The notes under the pieces: model-generated
What the model saw: the letters and a program-made list of their open reading frames with translations, nothing else
Database searches by the model: none
Told to the model about the DNA's origin: nothing
From: Eledone cirrhosa
Lineage: Eukaryota
Length of the DNA stretch: 64,000 nt
Reading direction: 5' to 3'
NCBI GenBank assembly: GCA_964016885.1
Contig: OZ024743.1
Coordinates: forward strand, 249,240,001 to 249,304,000
Program-made: the position numbers and the translations under genes
Shown: positions 1 through 14,708 of the stretch, one piece after another
Layout of the letters: the number at the start of each line of letters is the position of its first letter
Numbering within the stretch: the stretch's first letter is position 1

Positions 1-49
1 ACTACATAGACAACAGTAATGTGTTAACTACATAGGCAACAGGAAAGTT

Positions 50-2206
50 TTGACTACATAGGCAACAGTAACATGTTAACTACATAGACAACAGTAATAT
101 GTTACCTACATAGACAACAATAATGTGTTAAGTACATAGACAAAGGTAATGTGTTAAGTACATAGACAACAGTAATATGTTAACTATATAGACAAGAGTA
201 ATGTGTTAACTACAAAGGCAACAGTAATATGTTAACTACATAGACAACAGTAATGTGTTAACTATAATAGTCAGCAGTAATATACTAACTACGTAGACAA
301 TAGTAATGTTTTAACTATATAGACAACAGTAATGTGTTAACTACATAGGCATCCGAAATATGTTAACTACATAGACAACAGTAATATGTTAACTACATAG
401 GCAACAGTAATGTGTTAACTATATAGACAACAGTAATGTGTTAACTACAAAGACAACAGTAACGTGTTAACTACATAGGCAACAGTAATATGTTAAATAC
501 ATAGACAACTGTAATGTGTTAACTACATAGACAACAGTAATGTGTTAACTACGTAGGCAACAGTAATATGTTAAATACATAGACAACTGTAATGTGTTAA
601 CTACATAGACAACAGTAAAGTGTTAACGACATAGACAACAGTAATGTGTTAACTATATAGGCAACAGTGATATGTTAACTACATAGACAACAGTAATGTA
701 GTAACTACATAGACAACTGTAATATGTTAACTACATACACAACAGTAATATGTTAACTACATAAACAACAGTAATGTGTTAACTACATAGGCAACAGTAA
801 TATGTTAACTACGTAGACAATAGTAATGTTTTAACTATATAGACAACAGTAATGTGTTAACTACATAGGCAACACTAATATGTTAACTACATAGACAACA
901 GTAATGTGTTAACTATATAGACAACAGTAATGTGTTAACTACATAGACAACAGTAATGTGTTAACTACATAGGCAACAGTAATATGTTAAATACATAGAC
1001 AACTGTAACGTGTTAACTACATAGACAACAGTAATGTGTTAACTACATAGGCAACAGTAATATGCTAAATACATAGACAACTGTAATGTGTTAACTACAT
1101 AGACAACAGTAATGTGTTAACTACATAGGCAACAGTAATATGTTAAGTACATAGACAACTGTAATGTGTTAACTACATAGACAACAGTAAAGTGTTAACT
1201 ACATAGACAACAGTAATGTGTTAACTACATAGACAACAGTAAAGTGTTAACTACATAGGCAACAGTAATGTGTTAACTACATAGACAACAGTAAAGTGTT
1301 AACTACATAGTCAACAGTAATGTGTTAACTACATAGGCAACAGTAATGTGATGTCTATATAGGCAATAGTAATGTGTTAACTACATAGACAACAGTAAAG
1401 TGTTAACTACATAGACAACAGTAATATGTTAACTACATAGACAACAGTAATATGTTAACTACATAGACAACAGTAATGTGTTAACTACATAGGCAACTGT
1501 AATATGTTAACTACATAGACAACAGTAAAGTGTTAACTACATAGACAACAGTAATATGTTAACTACATAGACAACAGTAATATGTTAACTACATAGACAA
1601 CAGTAATATGTTAACTACATAGGCAACAGTAATGTGATGTCTATATAGGCATAAGTAATGTGTGAAGTACATAGACAACAGTAATGTGTGAAGTACATAC
1701 ACAACAGTAATGTGTTAACTACATAGGCAACAGTAATATGTTAACTACATAGTCAACTGTAATATGTTAACTACATAGACAACTGTAATGTGTTAACTAC
1801 ATAGACAACAGTAATGTGTTAACTACATAGACAACAGTAAAGTGTTAACTACATAGGCAACAGTAATGTGTTAACTACATAGGCAACAGTAAAGTGTTAA
1901 CTACATGAGCAACAGTAAAGTGTTAACTACATAGGCAACAGTAATGTGTTAACTACATAGGCAACAGTAATGTGTTAACTACATAGACAACAGTAAAGCG
2001 TTAACTACATAGACAACAGTAATGTGTTAACTACATAGACCACAGTAAAGTGTTAACTACATCGACAACAGTAATATGTTAACTACAAAGACAGCAGTAA
2101 TATGTTAACTACATAGACAACAGTAATATGTTAACTACATAGGCAACGGGAATGTGATGTCTATATAGGCATAAGTAATGTGTTAACTACATAGACAACA
2201 GTAATG
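50..2206. repeat. Block of about 2.15 kb duplicated at about 6161-8317 (offset 6111 bp)
   Basis: Rare markers recur at a constant offset of 6111: ACTATAATAGTCAGC 261/6372, ATCCGAAAT 351/6462, CTACATGAGC 1901/8012, AGGCAACGGG 2141/8252. Confidence 0.92.
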
Positions 2207-5200
2207 TGTTAACTACATAGAGAACAGTAATATGTTAACTACATAGGCAACAGTGATGTGTTAACTACATAGACAACAGTAATGTGTTAACTACATAGAC
2301 TACAGTAATGTGTTAACTACATAGACAACAGTAATGTGTTAACTACATAGGCAACAGTAATGTGTTAACTACATAGGCAACACTAATGTTTTAACTACAT
2401 AGATAACAGTAATGAGTTAACTACATAGGCAACTGTAATATGTTAACTACATAGACAACAGTAATGTGTTAACTACATAGACAACAGTAATATGTTAACT
2501 ACATAGACAACAGTAATATGTTAACTACATAGACAACAGTAATATGTTAACTACATAGGCAACAGTAATGTGTTAACTACATAGGCAACAGTAAAGTGTT
2601 AACTACATAGGCAACAGTAAAGTGTTAACCACATAGGCAACAGTAATGTGTTAACTACATAGGCAACAGTAATATGTTAACTACATAGACAACAATAATG
2701 TGTTAACTACATAGGCAACAGTAATGTGTTAACTACATAGACAACAGTAAAGCGTTAACTACATAGACAACAGTAATGTGTTAACTACATAGACAACAGT
2801 AAAGTGTTAACTACATCGACAACAGTAATATGTTAACTACATAGACAGCAGTAATATGTTAACTACATAGTCAACAGTAATGTGATGTCTATATAGGCAT
2901 AAGTAATGTCTTAACTACATAGACAACAGTAATGTGTTAACTACATAGACAACAGTAATGTGTTAACTACATAGGCAACAGTAAAGTGTTAACTACATAG
3001 GCAACAGTAATGTGTTAACTACATAGACAACTGTAATGTGTTAACTACATAGACAACTGTAATGTGTTAACTACATAGACAACAGTAATATGTTAACTAC
3101 ATATGCAACTATAATATGTTAACTACATAGACAACTGTAATGTGTTAACTACATAGACAACAGTAATATGTTAACTACATATGCAACTATAATATGTTAA
3201 CTACATAGACAACAGTAAAGTGTTAACTACATAGGCAACAGTAATGTGTTAACTATATAGGCAACAGTGATGTGTTAACTACAAACACAACAGTAATATG
3301 TTAACTACATAGACAACAGTAAGGTGTTAACTACATACGCAACAGTAATGTGTTAACTACATAGACAAGAGTAACGTGTTAACCACATAGACAACAGTAA
3401 TGTGTTAACTACATAGGCAACAGTAATGTGTTAACTACATATGCAACTATAATATGTTAACTACATAGACAACTGTAATATGTTAACTACATAGACAACA
3501 GTAATTAGTTAACTACATAGGCAACTGTAATATGTTAACTACATAGACAACAGTAATGTGTTAACTACATAGACAACAGTAATATGTTAACTACATAGAC
3601 AACAGTAATATGTTAACTACATAGACAACAGTAATATGTTAACTACATAGGCAACAGTAATGTGATGTCTATATAGGCATAAGTAATGTGTTAACTACAT
3701 AGACAACAGTAATGTGTTAACTACATAGGCAACAGTAAAGTGTTAACTACATAGGCAACAGTAATGTGTTAACTACATAGACAACAGTAATATGTTAACT
3801 ATATAGACAACAGTAATGTGTTAACTACATAGACAACAGTAATGTGTTAACTACATAGACAACAGTAATGTGTTAACTACATAGGCAACAGTAATGTGTT
3901 AACTACATAGGCAACAGTGATGTGTTAAGTACATAGACAACAGTAATATGTTAACTACATAGACAACAGTAATGTGTTGACTCCATAGGCGACAGTAATG
4001 TGTTACCTACATAGACAACTGTAATGTGTTAACTACATAGACAACAGTAATATGTTAACTACATAGACAACAGTAATGTGTTAATTACATAGACAACAGT
4101 AATGCGTTAACTACATAGACAACAGTAATGTGTTAACTACATAGGCAACAGTAATGTGTTAACTAGATAGGCAACAGTAATGTGTTAACTACATAGGCAA
4201 CAGGAAAGTTTTGACTACATACGCAACAGTAACATGTTAACTACATAGACAACAGTAATATGTTACCTACATAGACAACAGTAATGTGTTAAGTACATAG
4301 ACAACAGTAATGTGTTAAGTACGTAGACAACAGTAATGTGTTAAATACATAGACAACAGTAATATGTTAACTACATAGACAACAGTAATGTGTTAACTAC
4401 ATAGGCAACAGGAAAGTTTTGACTACATAGGCAACAGTAACATGTTAACTACATAGACAACAGTAATATGTTACCTACATAGACAACAGTAATGTGTTAA
4501 GTACATAGACAAAGGTAATGTGTTAAGTACATAGACAACAGTAATATGTTAACTATATAGACAAGAGTAATGTGTTAACTACAAAGGCAACAGTAATATG
4601 TTAACTACATAGACAACAGTAATGTGTTAACTATAATAGTCAGCAGTAATATACTAACTACGTAGACAATAGTAATGTTTTAACTATATAGACAACAGTA
4701 ATGTGTTAACTACATAGGCATCAGAAATATGTTAACTACATAGACAACAGTAATATGTTAACTACATAGGCAACAGTAATGTGTTAACTATATAGACAAC
4801 AGTAATGTGTTAACTACAAAGACAACAGTAACGTGTTAACTACATAGGCAACAGTAATATGTTAAATACATAGACAACTGTAATGTGTTAACTACATAGA
4901 CAACAGTAATGTGTTAACTACATAGGCAACAGTAATATGTTAAATACATAGACAACTGTAATGTGTTAACTACATAGACAACAATAAAGTGTTAACTACA
5001 TAGACAACAGTACAGTGTTAACTACATAGTCAACAGTAATGTGTTAACTACATAGACAACAGTAAAGTGTTAACGACATAGACAACAGTAATGTGTTAAC
5101 TATATAGGCAACAGTGATATGTTAACTACATAGACAACAGTAATGTAGTAACTACATAGACAACTGTAATATGTTAACTACATACACAACAGTAATATGT

Positions 5201-5788
5201 TAACTACATAGACAACAGTAATGTGTTAACTACATAGGCAACATTAATATGTTAACTACGTAGACAATAGTAATGTTTTAACTATATAGACAACAGTAAT
5301 GTGTTAACTACATAGGCAACACTAATATGTTAACTACATAGACAACAGTAATGTGTTAACTATATAGATAACAGTAATGTGTTAACTACATAGACAACAG
5401 TAATGTGTTAACTACATAGGCAACAGTAATATGTTAAATACATAGACAACTGTAACGTGTTAACTACATAGACAACAGTAATGTGTTAACTACATAGGCA
5501 ACAGTAATATGCTAAATACATAGACAACTGTAATGTGTTAACTACATAGACAACAGTAATGTGTTAACTACATAGGCAACAGTAATATGTTAAGTACATA
5601 GACAACTGTAATGTGTTAACTACATAGACAACAGTAAAGTGTTAACTATATAGACAACAGTAATGTGTTAACTACATAGACAACAGTAAAGTGTTAACTA
5701 CATAGACAACAGTAATGTGTTAACTACTCAGGCAACAGTAATATGTTAACTACATAGACAACAGTAATGTGTTAACTACATAGACAAC

Positions 5789-8700
5789 AGTAATGCGTTA
5801 ACTACATAGACAACAGTAATGTGTTAACTACATAGGCAACAGTAATGTGTTAACTACATAGGCAACAGTAATGTGTTAACTACATAGGCAACAGGAAAAT
5901 TTTGACTACATAGGCAACAGTAACATGTTAACTACATAGACAACAGTAATATGTTACCTACATAGACAACAGTAATGTGTTAAGTACATAGACAACAGTA
6001 ATGTGTTAAGTACATAGACAACAGTAATGTGTTAAATACATAGACAACAGTAATATGTTAACTATATAGACAAGTGTAATGTGTTAACTACAAAGGCAAC
6101 AGTAATATGTTAACTACATAGACGACAGTAATGTGTTAACTACATAGGCAACAGGAAATTTTGACTACATAGGCAACAGTAACATGTTAACTACATAGAC
6201 AACAGTAATATGTTACCTACATAGACAACAGTAAAGTGTTAAGTACATAGACAAAGGTAATGTGTTAAGTACATAGACAACAGTAATATGTTAACTATAT
6301 AGACAAGAGTAATGTGTTAACTACAAAGGCAACAGTAATATGTTAACTACATAGACAACAGTAATGTGTTAACTATAATAGTCAGCAGTAATATACTAAC
6401 TACGTAGACAATAGTAATGTTTTAACTATATAGACAACAGTAATGTGTTAACTACATAGGCATCCGAAATATGTTAACTACATAGACAACAGTAATATGT
6501 TAACTACATAGGCAACAGTAATGTGTTAACTATATAGACAACAGTAATGTGTTAACTACAAAGACAACAGTAACGTGTTAACTACATAGGCAACAGTAAT
6601 ATGTTAAATACATAGACAACTGTAATGTGTTAACTACATAGACAACAGTAATGTGTTAACTACGTAGGCAACAGTAATATGTTAAATACATAGACAACTG
6701 TAATGTGTTAACTACATAGACAACAGTAAAGTGTTAACGACATAGACAACAGTAATGTGTTAACTATATAGGCAACAGTGATATGTTAACTACATAGACA
6801 ACAGTAATGTAGTAACTACATAGACAACTGTAATATGTTAACTACATACACAACAGTAATATGTTAACTACATAAACAACAGTAATGTGTTAACTACATA
6901 GGCAACAGTAATATGTTAACTACGTAGACAATAGTAATGTTTTAACTATATAGACAACAGTAATGTGTTAACTACATAGGCAACACTAATATGTTAACTA
7001 CATAGACAACAGTAATGTGTTAACTATATAGACAACAGTAATGTGTTAACTACATAGACAACAGTAATGTGTTAACTACATAGGCAACAGTAATATGTTA
7101 AATACATAGACAACTGTAACGTGTTAACTACATAGACAACAGTAATGTGTTAACTACATAGGCAACAGTAATATGCTAAATACATAGACAACTGTAATGT
7201 GTTAACTACATAGACAACAGTAATGTGTTAACTACATAGGCAACAGTAATATGTTAAGTACATAGACAACTGTAATGTGTTAACTACATAGACAACAGTA
7301 AAGTGTTAACTACATAGACAACAGTAATGTGTTAACTACATAGACAACAGTAAAGTGTTAACTACATAGGCAACAGTAATGTGTTAACTACATAGACAAC
7401 AGTAAAGTGTTAACTACATAGTCAACAGTAATGTGTTAACTACATAGGCAACAGTAATGTGATGTCTATATAGGCAATAGTAATGTGTTAACTACATAGA
7501 CAACAGTAAAGTGTTAACTACATAGACAACAGTAATATGTTAACTACATAGACAACAGTAATATGTTAACTACATAGACAACAGTAATGTGTTAACTACA
7601 TAGGCAACTGTAATATGTTAACTACATAGACAACAGTAAAGTGTTAACTACATAGACAACAGTAATATGTTAACTACATAGACAACAGTAATATGTTAAC
7701 TACATAGACAACAGTAATATGTTAACTACATAGGCAACAGTAATGTGATGTCTATATAGGCATAAGTAATGTGTGAAGTACATAGACAACAGTAATGTGT
7801 GAAGTACATACACAACAGTAATGTGTTAACTACATAGGCAACAGTAATATGTTAACTACATAGTCAACTGTAATATGTTAACTACATAGACAACTGTAAT
7901 GTGTTAACTACATAGACAACAGTAATGTGTTAACTACATAGACAACAGTAAAGTGTTAACTACATAGGCAACAGTAATGTGTTAACTACATAGGCAACAG
8001 TAAAGTGTTAACTACATGAGCAACAGTAAAGTGTTAACTACATAGGCAACAGTAATGTGTTAACTACATAGGCAACAGTAATGTGTTAACTACATAGACA
8101 ACAGTAAAGCGTTAACTACATAGACAACAGTAATGTGTTAACTACATAGACCACAGTAAAGTGTTAACTACATCGACAACAGTAATATGTTAACTACAAA
8201 GACAGCAGTAATATGTTAACTACATAGACAACAGTAATATGTTAACTACATAGGCAACGGGAATGTGATGTCTATATAGGCATAAGTAATGTGTTAACTA
8301 CATAGACAACAGTAATGCGTTAACTACATAGACAACAGTAATGTGTTAACTACATAGGCAACAGTAATGTGTTAACTACATAGGCAACAGTAATGTGTTA
8401 ACTACATAGGCAACAGGAAAATTTTGACTACATAGGCAACAGTAACATGTTAACTACATAGACAACAGTAATATGTTACCTACATAGACAACAGTAATGT
8501 GTTAAGTACATAGACAACAGTAATGTGTTAAGTACATAGACAACAGTAATGTGTTAAATACATAGACAACAGTAATATGTTAACTATATAGACAAGTGTA
8601 ATGTGTTAACTACAAAGGCAACAGTAATATGTTAACTACATAGACGACAGTAATGTGTTAACTACATAGGCAACAGGAAATTTTGACTACATAGGCAACA

Positions 8701-8865
8701 GTAACATGTTAACTACATAGACAACAGTAATATGTTACCTACATAGACAACAGTAAAGTGTTAAGTACATAGACAAAGGTAATGTGTTAAGTACATAGAC
8801 AACAGTAATATGTTAACTATATAGACAAGAGTAATGTGTTAACTACAAAGGCAACAGTAATATGT
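5789..8865. repeat. Partial tandem repetition with period 2522 bp (97 monomer lengths): about 5789-6340 recurs at about 8311-8865
   Basis: AGTAATGCG 5789/8311, CAAGTGTAAT 6071/8593 and GACGACAG 6121/8643 are all offset by 2522. Confidence 0.88.
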
Positions 8866-9039
8866 TACCTACATAGACAACAGTAAAGTGTTAAGTACAT
8901 AGACAAAGGTAATGTGTTAAGTACATAGACAATAGTAATGTTTTAACTATATAGACAACAGTAATGTGTTAACTACATAGGCAACACTAATATGTTAACT
9001 ACATAGACAACAGTAATGTGTTAACTATATAGACAACAG

Positions 9040-10430
9040 TAATGTGTTAACTATATAGACAACAGTAATGTGTTAACTACAAAGACAACAGTAACGTGTT
9101 AACTACATAGGCAACAGTAATATGTTAAATACATAGACAACTGTAATGTGTTAACTACATAGACAACAGTAATGTGTTAACTACATAGGCAACAGTAATA
9201 TGTTAAATACATAGACAACTGTAATGTGTTAACTACATAGACAACAGTAAAGTGTTAACTACATAGACAACAGTAAAGTGTTAACTACATAGTCAACAAT
9301 AATGTGTTAACTACATAGACAACAGTAAAGTGTTACCGACATAGACAACAGTAATGTGTTAACTATATAGGCAACAGTGATATGTTAACTACATAGACAA
9401 CAGTAATGTAGTAACTACATAGACAGCTGTAATATGTTAACTACATACACAACAGTAATATGTTAACTACATAGACAACAGTAATATGTTAACTACATAG
9501 GCAACAGTAATGTGATGTCTATATAGGCATAAGTAATGTGATAACTACATAGACAACAGTAACATGTTAACTACATAGGCAACAGTAAAGTGTTAACTAC
9601 ATAGGAAACAGTAATGTGTTAACTACATAGACAACAGTAATATGTTACCTACATAGACAACAGTAATGTGTTAAGTACATAGACAACAGTAATGTGTTAA
9701 CTATATAGACAAGAGTAATGTGTTAACTACAAAGGCAACAGTAATATGTTAACTATATAGACAACAGTAATGTGTTAACTACATAGGCATCAGAAATATG
9801 TTAACTACATAGACAACAGTAATATGTTAACTACATAGGCAACAGTAATGTGTTAACTATATAGACAACAGTAATGTGTTAACTACAAAGACAACAGTAA
9901 CGTGTTAACTACATAGGCAACAGTAATATGTTAAATACATAGACAACTGTAATGTGTTAACTACATAGACAACAGTAATGTGTTAACTACATAGGCAACA
10001 GTAATATGTTAAATACATAGACAACTGTAATGTGTTAACTACATAGACAACAGTAAAGTGTTAACTACATAGACAACAGTAAAGTGTTAACTACATAGTC
10101 AACAATAATGTGTTAACTACATAGACAACAGTAAAGTGTTAACGACATAGACAACAGTAATGTGTTAACTATATAGGCAACAGTGATATGTTAACTACAT
10201 AGACAACAGTAATGTAGTAACTACATAGACAACTGTAATATGTTAACTACATACACAACAGTAATATGTTAACTACATAGACAACAGTAATATGTTAACT
10301 ACATAGGCAACAGTAATGTGATGTCTATATAGGCATAAGTAATGTGATAACTACATAGACAACAGTAACATGTTAACTACATAGGCAACAGTAAAGTGTT
10401 AACTACATAGGAAACAGTAATGTGTTAACT
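9040..10430. repeat. Local duplication with offset 806 bp (31 monomers)
   Basis: AGTCAACAAT 9291/10097 and ATGTAGTAAC 9406/10212; the GTGATAAC variant follows the GATGTC monomer in both copies. Confidence 0.85.
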
Positions 10431-11169
10431 ACATAGGCAACAGTAATGTGTTATCTATATAGGCTACAGTAATGTGTTAACTACATAGGCAACAGTAATG
10501 TGTTAACTACATAGACAATAGTAATGTGTTAACTACATAGGCAACAGTAATGTTTTAAATACATAGACAACAGTAATGTGTTAACTACATAGGCAACAGT
10601 AATGTGTTAACTACATAGGCAACAGTAACGTGTTAACTACAGAGACAACAGTAAAGTGTTAACTACATAGACAACAGTAATGTGTTAAATACATAGGCAA
10701 CGGTAATGTGTTAACTACATAGGCAACAGTAATGTGTTAACTACATAGGCAACAGTAATGTGTTAACTACATAGACAACAGTAATGTGTTAACTACATAG
10801 ACAACAGTAATGTGTTAACTACATAGACAACAGTGAAGTGTTAACTACATAGACAACAGTAATGTGTTAATTACATAGGCAACAGTAATGTGTTAACTAC
10901 ATAGACAACAGTAATGTGTTAACTACATTGGCAACAGTATTGTGTGAAATACATAGACAACATAATATGTTAACTACATAGGCAACAGTAATGTGTTAAC
11001 TACATAGACAACATAATATGTTAACTACATAGACAATAGTAATGTGTTAACTACATAGACAATAGTAATGTGTTAACTACATAGACAATAGTAACGTGTT
11101 AACTACTTAGGCAACAGTAATGTGTTAACTACATAGACAACAGTAATATGTTAACTACATAGGCAACAG

Positions 11170-12330
11170 TTATGTGTTAACTATATAGACAACAGTAATG
11201 TGTTAACTACATAGACAACAGTAATGTGTTAACTACATAGGCAACAGTAATATGTTAAATACATAGACAACTGTAACGTGTTAACTACATAGACAACAGT
11301 AATGTGTTAACTACATAGGCAACAGTAATATGCTAAATACATAGACAACTGTAATGTGTTAACTACATAGACAACAGTAATGTGTTAACTACATAGGCAA
11401 CAGTAATATGTTAAGTACATAGACAACTGTAATGTGTTAACTACATAGACAACAGTAAAGTGTTAACTACATAGACAACAGTAATGTGTTAACTACATAG
11501 ACAACAGTAAAGTGTTAACTACATAGACAACAGTAATGTGTTAACTACTCAGGCAACAGTAATATGTTAACTACATAGACAACAGTAATGTGTTAACTAC
11601 ATAGACAACAGTAATGCGTTAACTACATAGACAACAGTAATGTGTTAACTACATAGGCAACAGTAATGTGTTAACTACATAGGCAACAGTAATGTGTTAA
11701 TTACATAGGCAACAGGAAAGGTTTGACTACATAGGCAACAGTAACATGTTAACTACATAGACAACAGTAATATGTTACCTACATAGACAACAGTAATGTG
11801 TTAAGTACATAGACAACAGTAATGTGTTAAGTACATAGACAACAGTAATGTGTTAAATACATAGACAACAGTAATATGTTAACTATATAGACAAGAGTAA
11901 TGTGTTAACTACAAAGGCAACAGTAATATGTTAACTACATAGACAACAGTAATGTGTTAACTACATAGGCAACAGGAAAGTTTTGACTACATAGGCAACA
12001 GTAACATGTTAACTACATAGACAACAGTAATATGTTACCTACATAGACAACAGTAATGTGTTAAGTACATAGACAAAGGTAATGTGTTAAGTACATAGAC
12101 AACAGTAATATGTTAACTATATAGACAAGAGTAATGTGTTAACTACAAAGGCAACAGTAATATGTTAACTACATAGACAACAGTAATGTGTTAACTATAA
12201 TAGTCAGCAGTAATATACTAACTACGTAGACAATAGTAATGTTTTAACTATATAGACAACAGTAATGTGTTAACTACATAGGCATCAGAAATATGTTAAC
12301 TACATAGACAACAGTAATATGTTAACTACA
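11170..12330. repeat. Dispersed copy of about 5350-6500 (offset about 5821 bp)
   Basis: TGCTAAATAC 5510/11331 and ACTACTCAGG 5723/11544 share the offset; the same downstream GGAAA..TTGAC cassettes and TATAATAGTCAGC monomer follow. Confidence 0.8.
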
Positions 12331-14708
12331 TAGGTAACAGTAATGTGTTAACTATATAGACAACAGTAATGTGTTAACTACAAAGACAACAGTAACGTGT
12401 TAACTACATAGGCAACAGTAATATGTTAAATACATAGACAACTGTAATGTGTTAACTACATAGACAACAGTAATGTGTTAACTACATAGGCAACAGTAAT
12501 ATGTTAAGTACATAGACAACTGTAATGTGTTAACTACATAGACAACAGTAAAGTGTTAACTACATAGACAACAGTAAAGTGTTAACTACATAGTCAACAA
12601 TAATGTGTTAACTACATAGACAACAGTAAAGTGTTAACGACATAGACAACAGTAATGTGTTAACTATATAGGCAACAGTGATATGTTAACTACATAGACA
12701 ACAGTAATGTAGTAACTACATAGACAACTGTAATATGTTAACTACATACACAACAGTAATATGTTAACTACATAGAAAACAGTAATATGTTAACTACATA
12801 GGCAACAGTAATGTGATGTCTATATAGGCATAAGTAATGTGATAACTACATAGACAACAGTAACATGTTAACTACATAGGCAACAGTAATGTGTTAACTA
12901 CATAGGCAACAGTAAAGTGTTAACTACATAGGAAACAGTAATGTGTTAACTACATAGGCAACAGTAATGTGTTATCTATATAGGCTACAGTAATGTGTTA
13001 ACTACATAGGCAACAGTAATGTGTTAACTACATAGACAATAGTAATGTGTTAACTACATAGGCAACAGTAAAGTGGTAACTACATAGACAACAGTAAAGT
13101 GTTAACTACATAGACAATAGTAATGTGTTAACTACATAGGCAACAGTAATGTTTTAAATACATAGACAACAGTAATGTGTTAACTACATAGGCAACAGTA
13201 ATGTGTTAACTACATAGGCAACAGTAACGTGTTAACTACAGAGACAACAGTAAAGTGTTAACTACATAGACAACAGTAATGTGTTAAATACATAGGCAAC
13301 AGTAATGTGTTAACTACATAGGCAACAGTAATGTGTTAACTACATAGACAACAGTAATGTGTTAACTACATAGACAACAGTAATGTGTTAACTACATAGG
13401 CAACAGTGAAGTGTTAACTACATAGACAACAGTAATGTGTTAATTACATAGGCAACAGTAATGTGTTAACTACATAGACAACAGTAATGTGTTAACTACA
13501 TTGGCAACAGTATTGTGTGAAATACATAGACAACATAATATGTTAACTACATAGGCAACAGTAATGTGTTAACTACATAGACAACATAATATGTTAACTA
13601 CATAGACAATAGTAATGTGTTAACTACATAGACAATAGTAACGTGTTAACTACTTAGGCAACAGTAATGTGTTAACTACATAGACAACAGTAATATGTTA
13701 ACTACATAGGCAACAGTAATGTGTTAACTACATAGGCAACAGTAAAGTGTTAACTACACAGGCAACAGTAATATGTTAACTACATAGGCAACAGTAATAT
13801 GTTATCTACATAGACAACAATAATGTGTTAACTACATAGACAACAGTAATGTGTTAACTACATAGGCAACAGTAATGTGTTAACTACATAGGCAACAGTA
13901 AAGTGTTGACTACATAGGCAACAGTAATATGTTAACTACATAGACATCAGTAATATGTTACCTACATAGACAACAGTAATGTGTTAAGTACATAGACAAC
14001 AGTAATGTGTTAAGTACAGAGACAACAGTAATGTGTTAAGTACATAGACAACAGTAATATGTTAACTATATAGACAACAGTAATGTGTTAACTACAAAGG
14101 CAACAGTAATATGTTAACTACATAGACAACAGTAATGTGTTAACTACATAGGCAACAGTAATATGTTAACTACATAGACAACAGTAATATGTTAACTACA
14201 TAGGCAACAATAATGTGTTAACTATATGGACAACAGTAAAGTGTTAACTACATAGACAACAGTAATGTGTTAACTACATAGGCAACAGTAATATGTTAAA
14301 TACATAGACAACTGTAATGTGTTAACTACATAGACAACAGTAATGTGTTAACTGCATAGACAACAGTAAAGTGTTAACGACATAGACAACAGTAATGTGT
14401 TAACTATATAGGCAACAGTGATATGTTAACTACATAGGCAACAGTGATATGTTAACTACATAGACAACAGTAATGTGTTAACTACATAGACAACTGTAAT
14501 ATGTTAACTACATACACAACAGTAATATGTTAACTACATAGACAAGAGTAATATGTTAACTACATAGGCAACAGTAATGTGATGTCTATATAGGCATAAG
14601 TAATGTGTTAACTACATAGACAACAGTAACATGTTAACTACATAGGCAACAGTAATGTGTTAACTACATAGGCAACAGTAAAGTGTTAACTACATAGGAA
14701 ACAGTAAT

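Noticed and set aside
261-275. TATAAT resembling a bacterial -10 box (with TTGAC variants elsewhere)
   Set aside because: It results from a 1-bp insertion and a substitution within the monomer; there is no correctly spaced -35 element and no downstream gene.
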